Virus record (IMG/VR): IMGVR_UViG_3300025892_002699
DNA length: 64,000 nucleotides
Strand: one strand, 5' to 3'
Source of the DNA: a virus
Position numbers and translations under genes: made by a program. Under the pieces are notes generated by a model. The model was not told the origin of the DNA. It made no database searches and worked only from the letters and a program-made list of their open reading frames with translations. Positions 41,701-50,990 of this stretch are shown one piece after another (position 1 is the stretch's first letter; every line of letters starts with the position of its first letter).

Positions 41701-44700
41701 TACAGGATTAACTGGACCTGCATTTTTGATATATGTGTTCTTTTCATATTTTACAGGAAATGGAGTGTGTTGATAATCTGTAGGTTTTAGATATGTTTGT
41801 CCTGATTGAATTCTGTAAACTAAATCTGTTGCTGTTGCTGGTTGATCATCTGTCAATAAAATAGGTTGCGGGTTCAATCTGAATTGACTTTCATCCAATT
41901 TATACTCTATTTCATCAAATGTATCCACTGCTCCATACTGTCCTTTACGGATTGCCCATTCTTCAAAAAATTCTAAACTTTCTTTATCAGCACTGGCAAG
42001 TGCATCAAACAATTTATTAAGAGCATTCGCTGTTCCTTTTTCTCTAACATATCCTTGATAAAACTTGTATTGACTCACATCATCATTGATAATGTTGCTT
42101 AGATATTCTCTTTGTTGATATCCAATTAAATGTTGAGCAAGTTTTTGTTGCTGTCTATCAAAATTATCTGTGTCTAAATCATAGAAATCACCAAATTGGT
42201 TTATTTGATAATCAAAGTTCGATAACAAATTGCTTTCAGGTTTACCTTCTAGTCTACGCCAATTGTTGTCATCAAATTCTGTGGTACCTTTTAATTTTGT
42301 GTTGGCTGTGTAATAAAATTGTTTGTGTTTTACCACATCACTCATTGCATAATCTGTGTAAGGTGCCCAAAGTTTTACTTTTGCTTCATCAAAAATGAAC
42401 CCTGGAATATTTAAACTACCATCCCATTCTGTAACATAGCCTAACATTTTAATTCTGTCTTGTTTGTATCCACTTGCTGGATCATAGATTAAATCATTAA
42501 ACACTGTGGTGTTGTCTATTAGACAAACATGTTCTTTTTGAACAAGAGGAACTTTAGCAAAATATATCCCGTTCACTGTGTTTTTTGTAAACAATTCAAA
42601 TGTATTTGATTTTCTTACTATTCTTAAATTAGTTCTATCTAATTTATTTCCGTCCTCTTTTAATACACCATAAGAATAATAATTTTCTACAACATTATCT
42701 GTTGTGGCATATTTTGATGTTACAACTAATTTTTTACTGGCTGGACTTAAACTGATTACAGCACCTTCATCCCAATTTTGTGTTGTCCAGAATAAAAATT
42801 CTTTTACACTTAATTGCCAGTTTGCAACCAATTGTGTTTGTGAATCATATTGATCAAATTCAAATCCTTTTGTTTTAAGATATGATTCATAACCCAATAT
42901 CACATCAACAACTGTTTGAATGTCTTCGAAAACTGTTCCGTATGCTACAGATTGTACTGTATCTGTTAAAAAATTATTTCTTAAAATACCAGTCGCGCCG
43001 CCTTCAGTTGGTAGGTCAACCAATTTAATAAATTTAGACACATCGAAAGTCTCTGTTGCTATGTGTGTTTCATCAACAGCATAAAAATTATCTTGAAATT
43101 TTACATATGTTCCACTGTCATATCTTTTGTTTTCACTCCAATTTACAAATGCGGCACTTATTCCGCCAACAGTGATTGTTGGATCATTTGTTTGTTGAAA
43201 TGCAGAATGATATCTAATATAAGGATCATCTTTGTCATATCCTTTTATGCTGAATCCTCTGGCTAGTTTTTCTACTATCAAGCCACTGTATGTAATAATT
43301 TCTACAGGTGTAGAAACATTGTAAACCAATTTGTAATTTTCTTCTGGAACAAATAAAGTTGAAGAATTTAGTGGCGTTTTACTGTCCAACAACAATCTAA
43401 ATTTGTCTTTGTTACTGTAACCTCTGATCTTAAAACCTATTTGCGTTTGTAATCCTGCGAATTGTTTTTTGTAATCTGCATAGTTGGTTGTTTGTGAGTT
43501 TTCAACTATTTCAAAAACATAGTTTAACAATCCAGATGTCAGTGTTACAGTGTCATCATTTACACTGCTGGGCCAAACAATATCTGCAGGTCTGATTGCA
43601 GTCGCAGAATTGTACACAATTTGACCACTTGCATTTCTACTGATTTTATCTGTGTCTAATCCAATCCCTATTGCTTTGTTGGGTTGGTGTAAAATGTAAC
43701 TTTTTAACAAAGCAAACGGATAATGAACACTTCTTCTCCAAGTATTTTCTATTGGAGAATAATCACCAAATTTAAACTTGTCTTGTGTCAATTGTAACGC
43801 ACTACCGCTGGCGTAACCACTATCAAACGGACTTCTAATATTGCCATCACTGTCTACTGGTATATTATTTGTCAATCCAGTTCTTTTGTATTTGTCTTTG
43901 ATTACAATTTTTTTGTTAGGCTCTCTTACAATACCTTTTTCAAGGTCTTGCCATAAAATTAAATTATCTTTTGTGTATGGTGCAGGTCCATAAACAGTTT
44001 CCCACCATGTAGGTGCTTGTGAATATCCAAGCATTTCCCATGGAGCAATATTTGGTCTATCTGTATCATAAGCATGAGTGTACACACCTCTCCAGAATCC
44101 TAACAAGTTTTTATTTTGTGGAGAAACCATACTGCTGTAATTCCATGTTAAACTGTTGTCTTCTTTGTGATAAGTGTTGGCTGTGTAATCATCGTTGCCA
44201 ATAAAAGTTAACCAATTATTAAAATCTCCTAAAAGTGTTTTGTTGACAGATTCGAAAGTGAATTTGTTTGTGCTGTATGCTCTTGGCACAAATGATTTAA
44301 TATCAAACAATGTTTCATCATATGTTGTTTTGATATTGTTATGAATTCTTTTTTCCAATTCTAATATAACATCGTCTCTAAAATCATTGAATGCAACAAT
44401 AACACTCCCGTCGTGACCTTGAATCACGTTTACTGGAGTAACTGCTGTGGTGTCTGAATAAAGTTTTGGAGTATATTTTGGATACAATCCTAATTTAGTA
44501 GGTGTTGCTGGAATGTGTGATCCATTTGTTGTTTCAAATTCATTTACAACTATGATATCATCCAATGCAACTGTTTTTGTAACCTGCACAAATCCGTCAG
44601 CAAACACATAATCAACTCCATGAACCAACTGTACATCGTTATGGTACACATACACTGCTTTGGTAGATAGTGCTGTTAGATCAAAATTATTTGACAAAGC

Positions 44701-47448
44701 AAAAAATTTGTTGTCGATGTCTAATACTGTGTGGCTTGTGGTCTTGTATGCACCTATGCCCAGCATGTCTGTTTGAAAATATGGTAAAGAATTATTATTG
44801 TCTTTGTTTATTTTTTTTAAAATTTCATCAACCATTTGACTGGAAGTTCCGTCAAATCCTAAATCATCCATTGCACTGATAAATGATCTTTTAAATTTGA
44901 AATAATCAGTTTGACTTCTTGTGATTGCTGAAATTACATTAACGTCTTTATTGTTTAAAAGATATGAAGACAACACCATCGGTCCACTGTGTTGTAAAAA
45001 CTTTCTACCATACTGCGTTGCATTTGGAAAATCTCTAAGGTTACTAGAACCCGGAGTAATACCTTGAATGTCTTTTAATTCATTTGTAATAGATTTAACA
45101 TGATCAGTCACCTGCCCAACAGTAAATTTAGTTGTTTTTGCATTAAGTGGATTTGCTTGTAAATTTGTTGGAAATTCATAATGACCATTATCATTTTTAG
45201 AAGTTGCACTGCTGGTTCTAATTACAACCACATCATCAATTTTTAAATTATTGGTAAAATTAACGTATGCTACACCGTCTATTCTTAGAATTGACCAATC
45301 AGTATTTTCAACTTTTTTATTATTGTTTACAAATACATTTGCTGACAAATCGTTTAAATCGCCACTTTTATTGTAAACATCAATGGCAAAATTATTTTTT
45401 TGTTTATCAGTAGCAATGTACTGTCTGTTAATTTTTTGAAAACTGTCAGTGGGTGCTTTCGTCCAACCATTAACTGTTTTAAAATTACCATCGGCATCAT
45501 ATTTCTTTAAAAATGATGTTTCTGAAGTCAACGTCCCGCTTAAACTTTGTGATTGGTATGTATAACTTTGATTTAGTAGATCAAAATCAAAAACAATATC
45601 TCCAATATTTTCTACATTAGAGTAAGTTAGAGCAAAGCCTAATTCTGTATCTACTGCTCCTGTACCTTCAACATATTTAAAAATTTTGTTTCCTGCAAAT
45701 GAACTGTTAGGATACACAATAGTGTCAGTGAAACTTACGCCATTACTATCAAACAAATCAAATAAAGGAGTTTGATTTACTTTTGTTTTTGTTTGTCCTG
45801 CTGTCCACGTTGTACCGTTATAATAATACCATTTACCTTGATTACCTTTTCCGTCGGTAGCCAATATTGTTTCTCCTTCTGATGGAGAAGAATTTGTGAT
45901 TTCAACTAAACTAATCTGATCTGTGACTGTGGTTCCTTCTGTAAATTTGATAAATTTGACTTCATAAATCTTATTTTTAACCAGAGGATCTGTGTCAGCA
46001 GTGAATAAAACTTTCATTCCGTTGGTCAACGCAACACCATCTATGTAAAATCCTAACGATCCTTCAACATCGCTCATTACATCTTTTGTCACTGTGTCTA
46101 TTAAATCAATATTTTCTTTCTTTTTAAAACCAAAATTGTATAGTTTGATGCCTGCTTCGAATTCAATGATAGGTCTTCTTGCTCTTGTGTCTTGATCAAG
46201 ATTTGCAATTTGTCCGTTTGCTTTAGCACTTGCTTCAATTACAGACTTGTGAATCCATCTGTTGGATCTACTCCAAGGATTTCTATCTGGCGATGCTCTG
46301 TTTATCACAATGTAATCTTTGTCAACAGCATATGATGTTGCTGTTCCAAAACCCACAGTGTCAAAGTTTTTAGAATCAAACGGAATCGGCGTTACGTCTG
46401 TGAACGGACTTTTTACTTCTAATTCTTGTGCATCTATTAACTGAATTGCTTCACCTACACCTTCAACAAAAAAAGTTTTGTCAGCATACTCCACAGGTGT
46501 CACTGTGCCAGCAAAATTTATTTTCATACCGTTAGATAATTCAACGCCATCAGCAGTTGAATAATTTTTCTTGCCTAGCAGTTCGTTTGTGACATCTATT
46601 GCAGAATTTTCTTCAATGTCGTATATCTGTATCAATCCCCAAGCATTGATATCATTGTCGCTACCATAGTATAGTTTTTCAGGTGCTGAATCTTTAACTT
46701 CAAACGTAACAATGCCGTTTTCCACACTTTGTACATCTATACCATCAGCAACAGCGACATTATAAGAATCATCCAGTATGCGTTGTGTTCTTATTACAAA
46801 AGGTAATCCTTGTGCATCAATGTCAAACTTGTACGTTTGCCCTTTGTATAATTTAAGTGTTGGGTTTGCAGTAAGTCCATTGGGCGTGAAAATATAAGCA
46901 TAGTTGTCTGTTTGATCAGACTTTGTCACTGTGTATGTGCTGACAACATTTCTTTGTTGTCCTGTTATTGTGACTGCTGATGCACCATATGGCATCCAAA
47001 AATATTCTCTGTAATTTACAAATTTGTCCCAATCAATTCTTGGAGACCAAGCATAATATTCTTGAGCATTAAGAACGCTGTGGTCAGTGATGCTTCCGTT
47101 TAGATTCTGTATTTGATTAACAAAATCTATGTAGTCTGAATAAAAGTTTACATTGCCCAGGTCATCTTGTTGTACTATGCTGGGTTCAAATTTGTAGTTC
47201 TCTCTGTCAGCAGTGACTTCCGGCACGTATAAATCAGATGCTTTGTAGGCATCTGTAACCTTACGTCCATAGTATGCGTTTAATTTTTCTAGTGTTCCTT
47301 GAGATATAAGTTGGTCAACTGTGCTGTGTAAAAATTTATTATTAACCGGCGTTCTAAAATATTTAGGTAAAAACTCTGAAGACTCTCTTTTACCGTTGTC
47401 TTTGCCGGCTGGCAAATTGACGTCTTTCTGATTGTTGTCGTATGCCAT
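32773..47448 (-). CDS. Giant 4891-aa virion/baseplate protein
   Basis: Uninterrupted 14.7-kb ORF after gp6; FG-GAP-like blades (FGKAVDISPDGNFVVIGAP, FGADISISGDGELIAVGSP), W/Y-x-Y..G..V CBM-like motifs, GxGY..P repeats, C-terminal FTGDGST repeats. Confidence 0.75.
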   Translation of the reverse strand: MAYDNNQKDVNLPAGKDNGKRESSEFLPKYFRTPVNNKFLHSTVDQLISQGTLEKLNAYYGRKVTDAYKASDLYVPEVTADRENYKFEPSIVQQDDLGNVNFYSDYIDFVNQIQNLNGSITDHSVLNAQEYYAWSPRIDWDKFVNYREYFWMPYGASAVTITGQQRNVVSTYTVTKSDQTDNYAYIFTPNGLTANPTLKLYKGQTYKFDIDAQGLPFVIRTQRILDDSYNVAVADGIDVQSVENGIVTFEVKDSAPEKLYYGSDNDINAWGLIQIYDIEENSAIDVTNELLGKKNYSTADGVELSNGMKINFAGTVTPVEYADKTFFVEGVGEAIQLIDAQELEVKSPFTDVTPIPFDSKNFDTVGFGTATSYAVDKDYIVINRASPDRNPWSRSNRWIHKSVIEASAKANGQIANLDQDTRARRPIIEFEAGIKLYNFGFKKKENIDLIDTVTKDVMSDVEGSLGFYIDGVALTNGMKVLFTADTDPLVKNKIYEVKFIKFTEGTTVTDQISLVEITNSSPSEGETILATDGKGNQGKWYYYNGTTWTAGQTKTKVNQTPLFDLFDSNGVSFTDTIVYPNSSFAGNKIFKYVEGTGAVDTELGFALTYSNVENIGDIVFDFDLLNQSYTYQSQSLSGTLTSETSFLKKYDADGNFKTVNGWTKAPTDSFQKINRQYIATDKQKNNFAIDVYNKSGDLNDLSANVFVNNNKKVENTDWSILRIDGVAYVNFTNNLKIDDVVVIRTSSATSKNDNGHYEFPTNLQANPLNAKTTKFTVGQVTDHVKSITNELKDIQGITPGSSNLRDFPNATQYGRKFLQHSGPMVLSSYLLNNKDVNVISAITRSQTDYFKFKRSFISAMDDLGFDGTSSQMVDEILKKINKDNNNSLPYFQTDMLGIGAYKTTSHTVLDIDNKFFALSNNFDLTALSTKAVYVYHNDVQLVHGVDYVFADGFVQVTKTVALDDIIVVNEFETTNGSHIPATPTKLGLYPKYTPKLYSDTTAVTPVNVIQGHDGSVIVAFNDFRDDVILELEKRIHNNIKTTYDETLFDIKSFVPRAYSTNKFTFESVNKTLLGDFNNWLTFIGNDDYTANTYHKEDNSLTWNYSSMVSPQNKNLLGFWRGVYTHAYDTDRPNIAPWEMLGYSQAPTWWETVYGPAPYTKDNLILWQDLEKGIVREPNKKIVIKDKYKRTGLTNNIPVDSDGNIRSPFDSGYASGSALQLTQDKFKFGDYSPIENTWRRSVHYPFALLKSYILHQPNKAIGIGLDTDKISRNASGQIVYNSATAIRPADIVWPSSVNDDTVTLTSGLLNYVFEIVENSQTTNYADYKKQFAGLQTQIGFKIRGYSNKDKFRLLLDSKTPLNSSTLFVPEENYKLVYNVSTPVEIITYSGLIVEKLARGFSIKGYDKDDPYIRYHSAFQQTNDPTITVGGISAAFVNWSENKRYDSGTYVKFQDNFYAVDETHIATETFDVSKFIKLVDLPTEGGATGILRNNFLTDTVQSVAYGTVFEDIQTVVDVILGYESYLKTKGFEFDQYDSQTQLVANWQLSVKEFLFWTTQNWDEGAVISLSPASKKLVVTSKYATTDNVVENYYSYGVLKEDGNKLDRTNLRIVRKSNTFELFTKNTVNGIYFAKVPLVQKEHVCLIDNTTVFNDLIYDPASGYKQDRIKMLGYVTEWDGSLNIPGFIFDEAKVKLWAPYTDYAMSDVVKHKQFYYTANTKLKGTTEFDDNNWRRLEGKPESNLLSNFDYQINQFGDFYDLDTDNFDRQQQKLAQHLIGYQQREYLSNIINDDVSQYKFYQGYVREKGTANALNKLFDALASADKESLEFFEEWAIRKGQYGAVDTFDEIEYKLDESQFRLNPQPILLTDDQPATATDLVYRIQSGQTYLKPTDYQHTPFPVKYEKNTYIKNAGPVNPVDITLTLADYDDLLTSTSVSTLDEGQYVWVGNKKGTWNVLRFSNTEQKIVSIIKDGSTITVNTLNNPDMEVGEIFVVNADGTDYVFKSTFVGITSIQCEDVQGFASIPSAVGFIKRFTESRLSAITDINTRIVDQGLRNNEKFWVDESDDGKWKIVNNKFVFKKHNELSSTSISGDESFGTVIAANKQNSTVLVSQPTDEDGKIYVFTRGSESGTLSLAQIIEAPTTDPLLSNVDLFGASSNFGKAVDISPDGNFVVIGAPNAGNLKTEYKGVYSTSSNYNVGNIVQYKQQLWRATNQVEGEIAQDLFSTFDASAFYKENVGFQTTNLLIGDSIFANQTTDHMLIRASADQYTATKIGDRLILDYLDFNSAYPIDRNNYSKAPLEPFNGADSPTIKNNIFSGAEISIQEKIDEILEVSNTLTDPVIGNLLSTSTAEGTVVYVRKVAAKTLIYLKDVSGVFAESGSLLLDILPIGDYSRVNSEAYDYLGGWWKVGIGANVSTNAGSDVTTNTVIQDIKVLNEVRDTNLFFSSLEQSIAPITPQAPLVKAQFGIGTYYQDYYIDAGTNSWQINATPQATLSNKWFVRTGYDIAHDSTLNSSNSSNNVSVWINKDDTETFATLNIDSSDTNGLKEVVDIWEGYVDVDSQPDNNANYYFPTAGVHQIYDPLTQAQADVTFVQFIALEKIRIYFNNSNNKQFSLGSNAGASSTITRIGGGVNRTLGSIEQAVQSGDTDGDILVFEHTAPITASGDPDFYTVNDTEYWIWDEFENVAGISQTANIPGSKNKDWLQIHNIPIGEGVQSGFTNQGAFLIYKKNTQGLFEYSSAYTVPDTQSGLRLGSRIQLRDVGGNITAFIGAEGDGTSNLPGKIYFVNYSATKNWWLGVDKNYMGVFDDQTDYLKDELVVFGNQLYKAKTNISANVWQSSLWTLQDTHTDFLGYVPNDTGVELQGDSTLDQNNLIKFANTFDVDTNGVNVVLTNKYSDDSQNVVVYRQSDGHYTYKQTITPVDDSAAIINFGADISISGDGELIAVGSPLVDLADTDMGSVYVYKKVDNDSGQYTLNQTLVSPSRETSAQFGNTLSFSGDILAVTSLKGDQQLSTLIDAGETVFDGEMTNFVETQSDVGSIHLYQKFENTLLYGEKFTYVNDTLEQFGTNLLVNNNHVYVGLPKLQLENKEKGTLVDFRKSPVEFNWNSLHESSEGIDQPDLSKIQGIFLYSKSTNKLLTRLDYVDPIFGKIPGPAEAEISYKTNYDPAVYNSSTTVGTLDTTNHWDDSQVGKLWWNISKATYYYPYQSNIIFNNSYWNKLFVGASIDVHEWIESPYTPAQYNTISESDEGSALGITGTVERTTDFVTKKVYDKVAGVLSNRYFYWVKSKTTTPELESRKLSANAVEKMIKDPRAQGYKYVTVFGKNKFAIINCDSFIQDKDTIISFRLNTVESKNNIHKEYALLTQDSATSTLPKDVETVWFDSLIGYDSKLNPVPDPNLSDKLKYGTLQNPRQSWFANKQEALKQTMERVNTSLKTKLVVDEIDISNLIKSDPAPTINTGLFDTTVDTEKDLDFVGVGSVKPASLNITVTNGQISNVTITDAGKGYKSIPTYKIKSITGEDAVIGLTIDVNGSINSAKVLKAGSNYKDNATVQVRTFSALVNADSTVDGKWAIYNYTVGDGWQKTKIQAFNVNLYWNYADWYKTDYSQFTAIDHVIAQSYEINTLDDSIGQIVKIETIGSGGWLLLKKIDNQTDVDYTVNYETVGRQNGTIQFSEKLYVYSGNVGFDSNSFDIQLYDRQPIQETRVILETIRDKIFVEELAIEYNKMYFAGIQYALSENKLNDFVFKTSFVKAQHNVGELEQKITFKNDNLSNYEDYVQEIKPYKSKIREYVSSYEKTEPTNSVITDFDYAPKYVNGEITPSKVTVNNDELIGADGITTYPDKNWKDNIGYKITAINIANGGTSYTNPPAVVITGGGGTGATATAYIKNGKVYRINVTNSGSGYISSPTITLSGSTTGTQAKASAVLGESLPRTTHIGIKFDRNTGDTFITSLQRTETFTGNASKLKFKLKWPMDLRTNTISILVAGKKQLKSEFTYANEIDETKTYVRNTGYIQFTLPPANLSTISISYKINEDILNTADRFALYEPTSGMPGKELAQVIDGIDYGGVEVRSIGFENNSGWGNEPFMESEWDTFDESYEDEVFYLDGSTLTLNLANTLVSGIEYHIYQNGKRVDDPAFDAGNPTNILAQMNSLQGDGSTKTVDISMLETDDGDIIIVRKSTSDGSFLPDPNIVDTLVKGGDLTYSTAQGINAEDINVDGDGFVTETTAKGPEEFVPGQVLDTLDIQVYDRGQNSGSKINSYNYVGDGTTTEFGFVDSPQSNTAIFLSINNILYNTNQFTVNYQDKHIDLDQAPAVGDKINFITMGNNGESILDVDTFTGDGSTVEYVTRAKFKAGNIQTFVKVDGQDATYSVIETDSSYAVPNRVAIRFNNAPASDSFINIVVYESASQSFSEVTQDTFTGDGSTVSYQMNQTPFTQTPFTNNVIVKVNNDVLRSGFHRRFTVSTLREYEFENWQVLPGTINATDVRAYINKIELTSAEYRWNPGNSSITLSTGIGQVGDTVDVYIENGEYSVNDSGLITFTTAPAQSSTVTIYQFSKHDVQDIDRTQYDVVEKLTITVNTEDYFQYNQLTNGIVKLNRPAVDAQYVWVCVNGEWLAPSVDYTVSNNQMYLKINRTLSQNDEIDVIHFTAPSFVGKFAYRQFKDIMNRTHFKRIGDDKQYTLAQNLSWNDKEIELIDATGITEPSVASQQPGIIFIDNERIEYYKKDGNKLQQLRRGTFGTGIAEIHHANTDVYDQSAFQNVPYKDSFISETYTGADVVNNTLNIGFTPKSVNEFELFVGGKRMRKNSISVYDPTLGQDSPEADSTVPAEFSVTGTTAVITFTSTPVENAQILLVRKQGKIWQTGTDPLSQTENDIARFIRQKEVAVPQ

Positions 47449-50400
47449 TAATATCCACTGCCTCCACTAGAGCCTCCTGAACTTGAACTACTTGAACTAG
47501 TTGAACTAGTTGTGCTAGTAGGCAGTGTTCCGCTTAATGTACTCACTGTTGATGAATTCATTGTGATGTTTCCGTCTGCTCTTAATTTAGAGGCTGTCAC
47601 AGCATCTATAATAGCAACATCAGAAACCTTAGCACCACTTATAAAAATCTCATCATTTTCTGATTTGATTTCAAACAAACTTCCAAATGCTTTTGAGCCT
47701 TCTTTAGGCACAATAACAAAAGTTGATACATCTGGCGCCAATTGATTCATCACATATGTGCTTAATTCTGAAAAATAAAACGTGTCACCAAATTCCCAGT
47801 TTTCTAAAGCAAAGAATTGATTTATTGCTGTGACAATTCTGCTTTTAATATCACTGTCATTGGTAACTTGGTCAGTATTTTTAACAATTTTAAATGTTGC
47901 TTGTAAACTTGTGTCTGCTTGTGATCCAAATAAGATTTTGTATTTTACTGGATGATACACAATTGTGTCACTGATTGATTTAATTTTTGCCAACGGCGTG
48001 TTAAAGTTTGTGTACAACGAATCACTGCTGGGCAAAGCCGGTTGTGTTGCTGTGGCTCCTGCCAACCATAATCTAAAATCTATGTCATATGTTCTTGTTA
48101 ATATGTACATGTCTATGATGTTAGACGAACTAGGATCTAATCTTGTGTTTCCGTCAACTGTGTGTACATATTGAAACTTAACATTGTCTCTTCCAATGTG
48201 AGCAACATAATTTGATACATTAGCAGTGGTGTTTGTTGTTGTGTTCACTTGTTTGAAACTGTTGCTGTCTATCAAATAAACAATGGATCCATTTGGATAA
48301 TCTCCAACAGCACCCACTGATGTTTGTCTCACATAAATTTTTTCTGAAGTAGCATCAACATAAGCATATCTTTGTGTGCCATCACTGTCGTTTATTAATT
48401 TTTGAAAAATATACTTGGTTGTTGTGTTAGTTGCAGGATCAACCACCAAATCAAATGCGTTTGGATTGTCCACTATTCCGTCTTGATCTGAATCAAATTG
48501 TGTAAGTTCTATTTTTGCACTGTCCACATATCCACTTAATGTTCTGTATTCTGTAGAAACAGCAAAATTAATATCATTGTTGAATGCGTTGTTGCTGTCT
48601 GGTTTTGTGTTCACCGACATTACACTGACTTTGTCTTGAAGTGTTGTGCCTGTCTTTGCATTGAAGTTTCTATCAGCACTATCATAAAAGAATCTTACTT
48701 CTTTTTTGCTTTCAAACACATATCTTAGTCCTCTGTATGTGATTGTGTAGGTAGCGCCATCATTAATACATTTGATTATCCAACTTGAATCTAGTTGTTG
48801 ATTGGATTCGTCACCTGTTTTACCAACATTAAAATCTCCATACACATTCAAATTGTTTTCATCAATTACATTCCATTTTCTTGTTTGAACATCATAACGT
48901 ATTCCAAAGTTGTTGTATGCAAACGCCTGATCAATAATGATCGTTTTCACATCGTCGGAAAATTGTTTTGCAAATTTAGGAAGTATTTCACTCACAATAG
49001 CACCAGTTGGAATCACATCGTTAAATTTAATTGCACCTGCACCTGTTGAAGTGTTGTTAACACCGTCATTGTACACACTGACTATAGATGTCCAAATGTA
49101 TTCTTTTGATCCTGGATGATCTGCCGCTCCATTCATTAATGAATTGTCTTCCATAAAGTGTTTGCCTGCTGGAGCAACAAATTTAATCATTGCACCTGGT
49201 TCAATATATTTCAATTGACTGGCTGTGTATGTGCCTACTTGATAATCTAAAATATTCACATCATCTATCAATTTCCCTGTAGATTCGTTTGTGGCATTTG
49301 TTACTTGTTGCCAAACTGGAATTAAGTCTGTTAATAATATTTTAGGAAATTTTTCTAGATAATAGTTTCTTGTTTGATTTTTTGATAACAGTGGTTCTAG
49401 TTGATTTATGATTACACCTTCTATATCTGTTTGAGTTGTAAAACTGAACGAATCAACATTTTCCGTTTCTTCTTTGTATATCACACCGTCAGCACCAAAC
49501 ACATTGGTGTTGCTGTATTTTCCTGTGGCATCTATTAGATCATAATATCTTGATATTCCACTTGAAGTTCTGTTTGTTGCTTTTACTTTTATAATTTCTT
49601 GATTTGTTCCTAATGGCGCAACATTATAATCTTCGCCTGTGATCATTCTGTTTTGTGTGTAATATGTTGCCGGAGCATTCAATCTGATATTGTCATTGGT
49701 CTCTGATGGAGTTGCGTTATCCACTGTGTACTGCAAACCAAGTGTTAATGTTAACACTTCTACTTGATTGTTTGACGAAACATATTGAACATCTACTTGA
49801 ATATTTTGCATGTCAGCAGGAGTAATTCTAATATTTTGATTTTTACTTCTTCTGTAATAAACCTTAAAACTGCCTTTAGGTAAATTTCCAAATATTCCAT
49901 CTGCAAATTTCAGGCTGATTGAATCATCAGTGTCACTCAATACTGTGTAAATGTTTCTTAAATTTTTTGATGTTGAATTGTATATAACATTGTTACCTGT
50001 TACTGCATCAACTTTTGTCCATTCTGTGTCTTCTAATCCAGTGTCCACATCCAGTTGGTATAGCCAAACATCTGTGTTGTTAACATTGCTGGATTCAATT
50101 GCAACAGATTGATTGTCTGACGGCACATCAATTGTAAAACCACCGTTGTCTAAAACACCCTGTCTAAAGTGTGTAAAAAATCCTGTGTTGTTGCTGGCAT
50201 TTCCTTTGCCATCATCTTTGTGTAGTAAACTAAATTTTCTTCCTGTTAATGGTGATTCTTCTATTACAGAACCTTCATTAAAAGATGTTGATACAATTTC
50301 AAAAGGTAAATTTTGTCCATTAACAGATTTATTAAATGCATACACAGGTACGTCCACACTGTTAGCATTGATTCTGTATTGGCTGGTTGGAACAGCATCT

Positions 50401-50936
50401 ATGTTTTCTGATTTAACAGGATTTCCAAATTTTTCATTTTCAGCCAAAGAGGCATTTAAAATTTTAATAAATTGTTCATACCAGTTGGTATTGCCTGCAT
50501 CATTCCAACTCACAGTTTGTCCGCTTAGATTCAAGTTGTTGCTGTCCACAATATTTTCAGTTGTGCTGATGCCTACTATTTTCATCAAGCCATTTGCACA
50601 TTGATTTCTTGTTGGATTGTAACTGATCAATCTTGCCAGTCTTAGTATTGAATCTCTTCTGTCTGCTGTTTCTAAAAAATTCTCTCTTGCATTCAAGTCT
50701 GTTCTGAAAGCCAGATTTTGTCCTAGGTATGCAACCAAATCTATCAGTGCTAGATATTCTGATGATTCGATATAATCATTGAAATCTTCTGGATAATTCT
50801 GTCTGATGTATTGAACCATTGTTCTGCGAATGGTATCAAAGTCGTAACTTTTGAATTCCGCATTTTTGTAAGACTGATATACTCTTTTCCAGTCTTCTGC
50901 CAACAATAATCTGTTTTGTCTATCTGTGGATGACAT
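47448..50936 (-). CDS. Baseplate wedge subunit (T4 gp6-like)
   Basis: YDFDTIR..YPEDFNDYIESS..DLNARENFLETA..SILRLA..Y.P; ET..IRLNAP..TQNRMITGEDY. Confidence 0.8.
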   Translation of the reverse strand: MSSTDRQNRLLLAEDWKRVYQSYKNAEFKSYDFDTIRRTMVQYIRQNYPEDFNDYIESSEYLALIDLVAYLGQNLAFRTDLNARENFLETADRRDSILRLARLISYNPTRNQCANGLMKIVGISTTENIVDSNNLNLSGQTVSWNDAGNTNWYEQFIKILNASLAENEKFGNPVKSENIDAVPTSQYRINANSVDVPVYAFNKSVNGQNLPFEIVSTSFNEGSVIEESPLTGRKFSLLHKDDGKGNASNNTGFFTHFRQGVLDNGGFTIDVPSDNQSVAIESSNVNNTDVWLYQLDVDTGLEDTEWTKVDAVTGNNVIYNSTSKNLRNIYTVLSDTDDSISLKFADGIFGNLPKGSFKVYYRRSKNQNIRITPADMQNIQVDVQYVSSNNQVEVLTLTLGLQYTVDNATPSETNDNIRLNAPATYYTQNRMITGEDYNVAPLGTNQEIIKVKATNRTSSGISRYYDLIDATGKYSNTNVFGADGVIYKEETENVDSFSFTTQTDIEGVIINQLEPLLSKNQTRNYYLEKFPKILLTDLIPVWQQVTNATNESTGKLIDDVNILDYQVGTYTASQLKYIEPGAMIKFVAPAGKHFMEDNSLMNGAADHPGSKEYIWTSIVSVYNDGVNNTSTGAGAIKFNDVIPTGAIVSEILPKFAKQFSDDVKTIIIDQAFAYNNFGIRYDVQTRKWNVIDENNLNVYGDFNVGKTGDESNQQLDSSWIIKCINDGATYTITYRGLRYVFESKKEVRFFYDSADRNFNAKTGTTLQDKVSVMSVNTKPDSNNAFNNDINFAVSTEYRTLSGYVDSAKIELTQFDSDQDGIVDNPNAFDLVVDPATNTTTKYIFQKLINDSDGTQRYAYVDATSEKIYVRQTSVGAVGDYPNGSIVYLIDSNSFKQVNTTTNTTANVSNYVAHIGRDNVKFQYVHTVDGNTRLDPSSSNIIDMYILTRTYDIDFRLWLAGATATQPALPSSDSLYTNFNTPLAKIKSISDTIVYHPVKYKILFGSQADTSLQATFKIVKNTDQVTNDSDIKSRIVTAINQFFALENWEFGDTFYFSELSTYVMNQLAPDVSTFVIVPKEGSKAFGSLFEIKSENDEIFISGAKVSDVAIIDAVTASKLRADGNITMNSSTVSTLSGTLPTSTTSSTSSSSSSSGGSSGGSGY

Positions 50937-50957
50937 TGGTTTCCTTTGTTATCACAT

Positions 50958-50990
50958 TATTTATTTGTTTATATAAACAGAGCATTTAAT
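50958..50990 (-). promoter_or_regulatory. Late promoter TAAATA (50958-50963) with upstream 18-bp quasi-palindrome ATAAACAGAGCATTTAAT (50973-50990)
   Basis: 9-nt spacing, as in the other copies. Confidence 0.5.
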
